NCBI GenBank assembly: GCA_038858525.1
Contig: JAWCFL010000001.1
Span: forward strand, 2,053 to 66,052
Reading direction: 5' to 3'
Source of the DNA: Candidatus Jordarchaeales archaeon
Lineage (GTDB): Archaea; Asgardarchaeota; Jordiarchaeia; Jordiarchaeales; Freyrarchaeaceae
Length of the DNA stretch: 64,000 nt
The notes under the pieces: generated by a model
Told to the model about the DNA's origin: nothing
Database searches by the model: none
What the model saw: only the letters and a program-made list of their open reading frames with translations
Part shown: piece after piece, positions 61,086-64,000 of the stretch
Layout of the letters: every line of letters starts with the position of its first letter
How positions within the stretch are numbered: position 1 is the stretch's first letter
Translations under genes and position numbers: made by a program

Positions 61086-61153
61086 AATTCAGTTGAATCT
61101 CATGAGCAAAGATAAAAAGAGGATCGGAAAAATCTTTTGCAGGGGAGTTAAAT

Positions 61154-61309
61154 TTGGTTCACCGTTGTGCCGTGGTTAATTGCGGAAAAATACTTGACGA
61201 AAAGGAAGGCGTTGAACTTGACGGGGAAAGGTACTGCAGAGAATGCGCCACGCTAATCATGAGAGATATACTGGCGAGACTTGCAGGAAGACCTGACCAC
61301 CAAGATTGA
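61154..61309 (+). CDS. Candidate small zinc-ribbon protein (TTG start, ~51 aa), not in ORF track
   Basis: Translation MVHRCAVVNCGKILDEKEGVELDGERYCRECATLIMRDILARLAGRPDHQD; CxxC...CxxC; below the 60-aa cutoff. Confidence 0.25.
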   Translation: MVHRCAVVNCGKILDEKEGVELDGERYCRECATLIMRDILARLAGRPDHQD

Positions 61310-61357
61310 CGCGGGTGTAAATAAAAAGAGAGTCTAAGTGTTTGAGGGGGTTATTGG

Positions 61358-62038
61358 TCACCATGGTTCCTTTTTTAGGTGTAAGGCGTATCCTGCAGTG
61401 TTAGTTGCCAGATGTATTAAGGGAGTGACTATTATCGCTGCCACTAGAAGTTCGAGTGGTGGGACATAAACTATTGAAGAAAATGCGATGGCGCCTGCTA
61501 TAAAGTCAAGCTGGTCTAGTCCGGGTGCAGGGCGACCACGACTTAGGTTTAAACGACGCTTGATAAATGACCCAACTAGGTCCCCTGTTAAAGCTCCAAA
61601 CGAAAGGAGGAATCCCTTAGTGATGCTAGGAAGAATAGCTTCTTTTATCATTGGAGGATACCCCACAAGGGCAAAGTAGATAGGAGTGAGAAGAATAACA
61701 TTGATTGTTATGATGCACATTGCGTTATCAAGGCCTAATGCATTTGCTGCCAATATGAGAGAGATTGTTTGATGGGAGGACAGTAACATCGGGATGCCTA
61801 TATTTTCTCCTGCAACAGCTTGAGCAAAACCAACTAACGTTCCGGCAGTCACACCACCCACGAAGCCTCTTACTGTTTTTCCTTCTCCGAAAATTCTTCT
61901 ACCATCAATGAAGTTTTTTCCTAGGTCTAATGGTGCATTAAACTGATTACCTCTTCCGAATATTACTGCTAAACCATTGGCAGCATAGGCGGGAAGAATA
62001 TACCAGAACATTAACAGGAGAAGTGTTAATAAGTCCAT
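61358..62038 (-). CDS. carS: CDP-archaeol synthase (CDP-2,3-bis-O-geranylgeranyl-sn-glycerol synthase)
   Basis: 226 aa membrane protein; ...YAANGLAVIFGRGNQFNAPLDLGKNFIDGRRIFGEGKTVRGFVGG... matches the CarS (DUF46) signature. Confidence 0.7.
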   Translation of the reverse strand: MDLLTLLLLMFWYILPAYAANGLAVIFGRGNQFNAPLDLGKNFIDGRRIFGEGKTVRGFVGGVTAGTLVGFAQAVAGENIGIPMLLSSHQTISLILAANALGLDNAMCIITINVILLTPIYFALVGYPPMIKEAILPSITKGFLLSFGALTGDLVGSFIKRRLNLSRGRPAPGLDQLDFIAGAIAFSSIVYVPPLELLVAAIIVTPLIHLATNTAGYALHLKKEPW

Positions 62039-62101
62039 TTATCTTGCAGCCTCCAATAAATTGGAACTTGAGCTCACCTTTTAGACGCCGATTTTTATTT
62101 T

Positions 62102-62773
62102 TTATGTTAATCCGCTTTCAGAGATCATTAGCTCCACGGATGAGCCTGCTTTTCTTCCGCCCTTAATCAATGTTACCTGCACTTTGCCGGGCGAAATGCG
62201 CTCCATTTTTAATTCTACCATAGACCAATAAGATATAACGTTTCCTCCCACTGGACACGTTTCACCTGTTTCTGGATTAAACGTAACTTGGTTTGTTAAA
62301 AGAATAGCAGACAAAGTGTTTCGAGCTACAGCTAGAAGTTCCGCAAGCTGCATGTTCAATTTACGATTCGCAACTATGTTCCGCTCCTTCTCCTCAAGCT
62401 CCAACCGATACAGGCTTGTAACACTATCAAGAATCACAAGTGATGACGGGGGGACGATAAGGCTTAGTTGCTCTATTAATCGCTCTTGCTCCGAGAAAGA
62501 GAAAGGTTTAGCGATCATGAACTTCTTCAAGTCTCTTTCCTTAGGCAACAACTGCGCTAGGCGTTTTGGATGAAGAGAATGTTCCGCATCTATGTAAAAA
62601 ACAGTTATGTTATTAGATAGAGCTGCGAGAGCACATTGAATGACAAAAGTAGTCTTACCTCCGCTCCTAGGCCCGAAAATGTGAGTTATCATTCCAACGG
62701 GAAGGCCACCAGAAAGCAACGAGTCAACTTTGCGCACTCCCGAAGACATTTTCTTCATTGATCCTATCGTCAA
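62102..62773 (-). CDS. radB: RadB-like RecA-superfamily ATPase (RadA paralog)
   Basis: 223 aa; Walker A GPRSGGKTT, Walker B LVILDS, single RecA core without the N-terminal HhH domain. Confidence 0.75.
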   Translation of the reverse strand: MTIGSMKKMSSGVRKVDSLLSGGLPVGMITHIFGPRSGGKTTFVIQCALAALSNNITVFYIDAEHSLHPKRLAQLLPKERDLKKFMIAKPFSFSEQERLIEQLSLIVPPSSLVILDSVTSLYRLELEEKERNIVANRKLNMQLAELLAVARNTLSAILLTNQVTFNPETGETCPVGGNVISYWSMVELKMERISPGKVQVTLIKGGRKAGSSVELMISESGLT

Positions 62774-62912
62774 TAGATCACCCGTTTCATATGTCGTAAA
62801 GAAACTCTAAAAGAAGATAATTAAAAATAAATTAAAAAGCAATTGAATGTCTCTTAAAGAGACGGTGTTTCTTTCTTGCCTTAAAACTGAGAAGCATGAA
62901 GGAAGTAATCTG

Positions 62913-64000
62913 AGGGAGAACATTGGAGTGCATTGAAACGGTAAATGACGGAGAGTGCATCCTAATAAAAGGTCCTGCTAACATAGAGGTCAAAGAGGGC
63001 AAGGTGAAAGTGCTGGGTGGGACTTTTAACGCAGGAGAACGCATAGTTATTCCTAAAGGAAAGGCTCTCCCCTTAAAAGCGTGCACGCCAACTACATTAA
63101 AGATTATGTCAAGCAGTATTGAACGGATAAAGGAGGATATACCATCCCAGTGGCGGATTGCTGTCGAGGAGCTGGACAAGGCTGAGAAGCCTGTGGTGGT
63201 CCTCGTTATAGGGGGTGTTGATACCGGCAAAACAACGCTTACAACTCTTCTAGGAAATATGGCTCTCGAGAGAGGCTTAAGAGTTGCTATTGTGGATGCA
63301 GATGTTGGTCAAAGCGACATAGGACCACCATGCTTTGTAGCGATGGGGTTACTTAATCACCCTGTGTCAGACATGTCAAAGGTTGAATTAAAGGACGCTT
63401 ACTTTATAGGGTCAACCACACCATCAGCATATCCACATAGAATGATTGCAGGCGTAAAGTTAATGGTTGAAAGAGCACTTATGCTTGGAAGTGAAGTAGT
63501 ACTTATCGATACCCCAGGATGGATTTCAGGCTTTAGGGCAAGAGACTTAAACGTCGCGTTAGTGTATGTTTTGCAACCTTCCATGATCATAGCGCTACAG
63601 AATGGAAATGAGGCTGAGGGAATTCTTAAGGCGTTTTCCAGTTCGGAGACACGCGTTATAAGGCTTCCGGCTTTAGCGTCATGCAAGAGAGACAGGGAAA
63701 CGAGAAAGTTCCTCCGCGAGACAGCTTATAGGCGGCACTTAAGTGGAAGTATAAATGTCGAACTAGACATAGACAGGGTTTCGGTGGTATACACCACGCT
63801 GTTCAGCGGAAGTATTTTGAACAGCGACGACAAAAGGAAAATTTCGGAAGTTCTGGGAATTAACCCGGTATATGCGGAGGCTTCATTCGACACGTTAACT
63901 CTGATCTTGCCGAGCGACGTTGATGTAACTCGGGAAAAAATCGAGGCATTAAGACTACTATTTAAAGGAAGAGAATTACACTTGCTCCGTGAGACGTCTC
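62913..64000 (+). CDS. Clp1/Grc3-family polynucleotide 5'-kinase (3'-truncated by window end; TTG start); missing from the ORF track
   Basis: Hand translation: MECIETVNDGECILIKGPANIEVKEGKVKVLGGTFNAGERIVIPKGKALPLKA (Clp1 N-terminal beta-sandwich) ...VVLVIGGVDTGKTTL (Walker A)...VVLIDTPGW (Walker B)... open to position 64000. The minus-strand ORFs 62832-63230 and 63399-63686 are antisense artefacts. Confidence 0.7.

Noticed and set aside
62832-63686. Two minus-strand ORFs (132 aa and 95 aa)
   Set aside because: Antisense to the Clp1-like kinase frame, which has clear Walker A/B motifs.
1-64000. CRISPR arrays / cas genes / obvious defence islands
   Set aside because: No spaced direct repeats of 25-40 nt and no nuclease, helicase or ATPase gene pairs typical of defence systems were seen.

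Overview
This window looks like a chromosomal segment of an archaeon (TACK/Thermoproteota-like; about 45% GC) and is dominated by housekeeping genes. Several genes start with TTG or GTG, and four tRNA genes carry multiple, partly non-canonical introns; the lineage call is inference from those tRNAs. Information-processing genes include DNA ligase, type IA topoisomerase, Orc1/Cdc6, aCPSF1, Pelota, RtcB, TFS, Rpo11, Csl4, Dph2, Rio1 with a KH/Dim2 partner, RadB and a Clp1-like kinase that runs off the window end. Metabolic genes include AMP phosphorylase, enolase, a frameshifted PEP synthase, the glpK-glpABC glycerol operon, G1P dehydrogenase, CarS, the DUF39-CBS plus NIL-ferredoxin homocysteine pair, ACD-beta and a lone A/V-ATPase B subunit. 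The window start carries a decayed IS200/IS605 tnpB remnant. Not explained by standard annotation: (i) a cluster of Roadblock/LC7, longin-like-wHTH and coiled-coil proteins at 5.0-8.2 kb; (ii) a 1307-aa protein with a TrmB-type wHTH, roughly 1000 residues of continuous coiled coil and a TrmB-C-like tail, flanked by other unknowns at 16-22.8 kb; (iii) a hidden RNase III-like ORF with no canonical start codon, in frame directly after the rpo11 stop. No CRISPR array or recognisable defence genes were seen.
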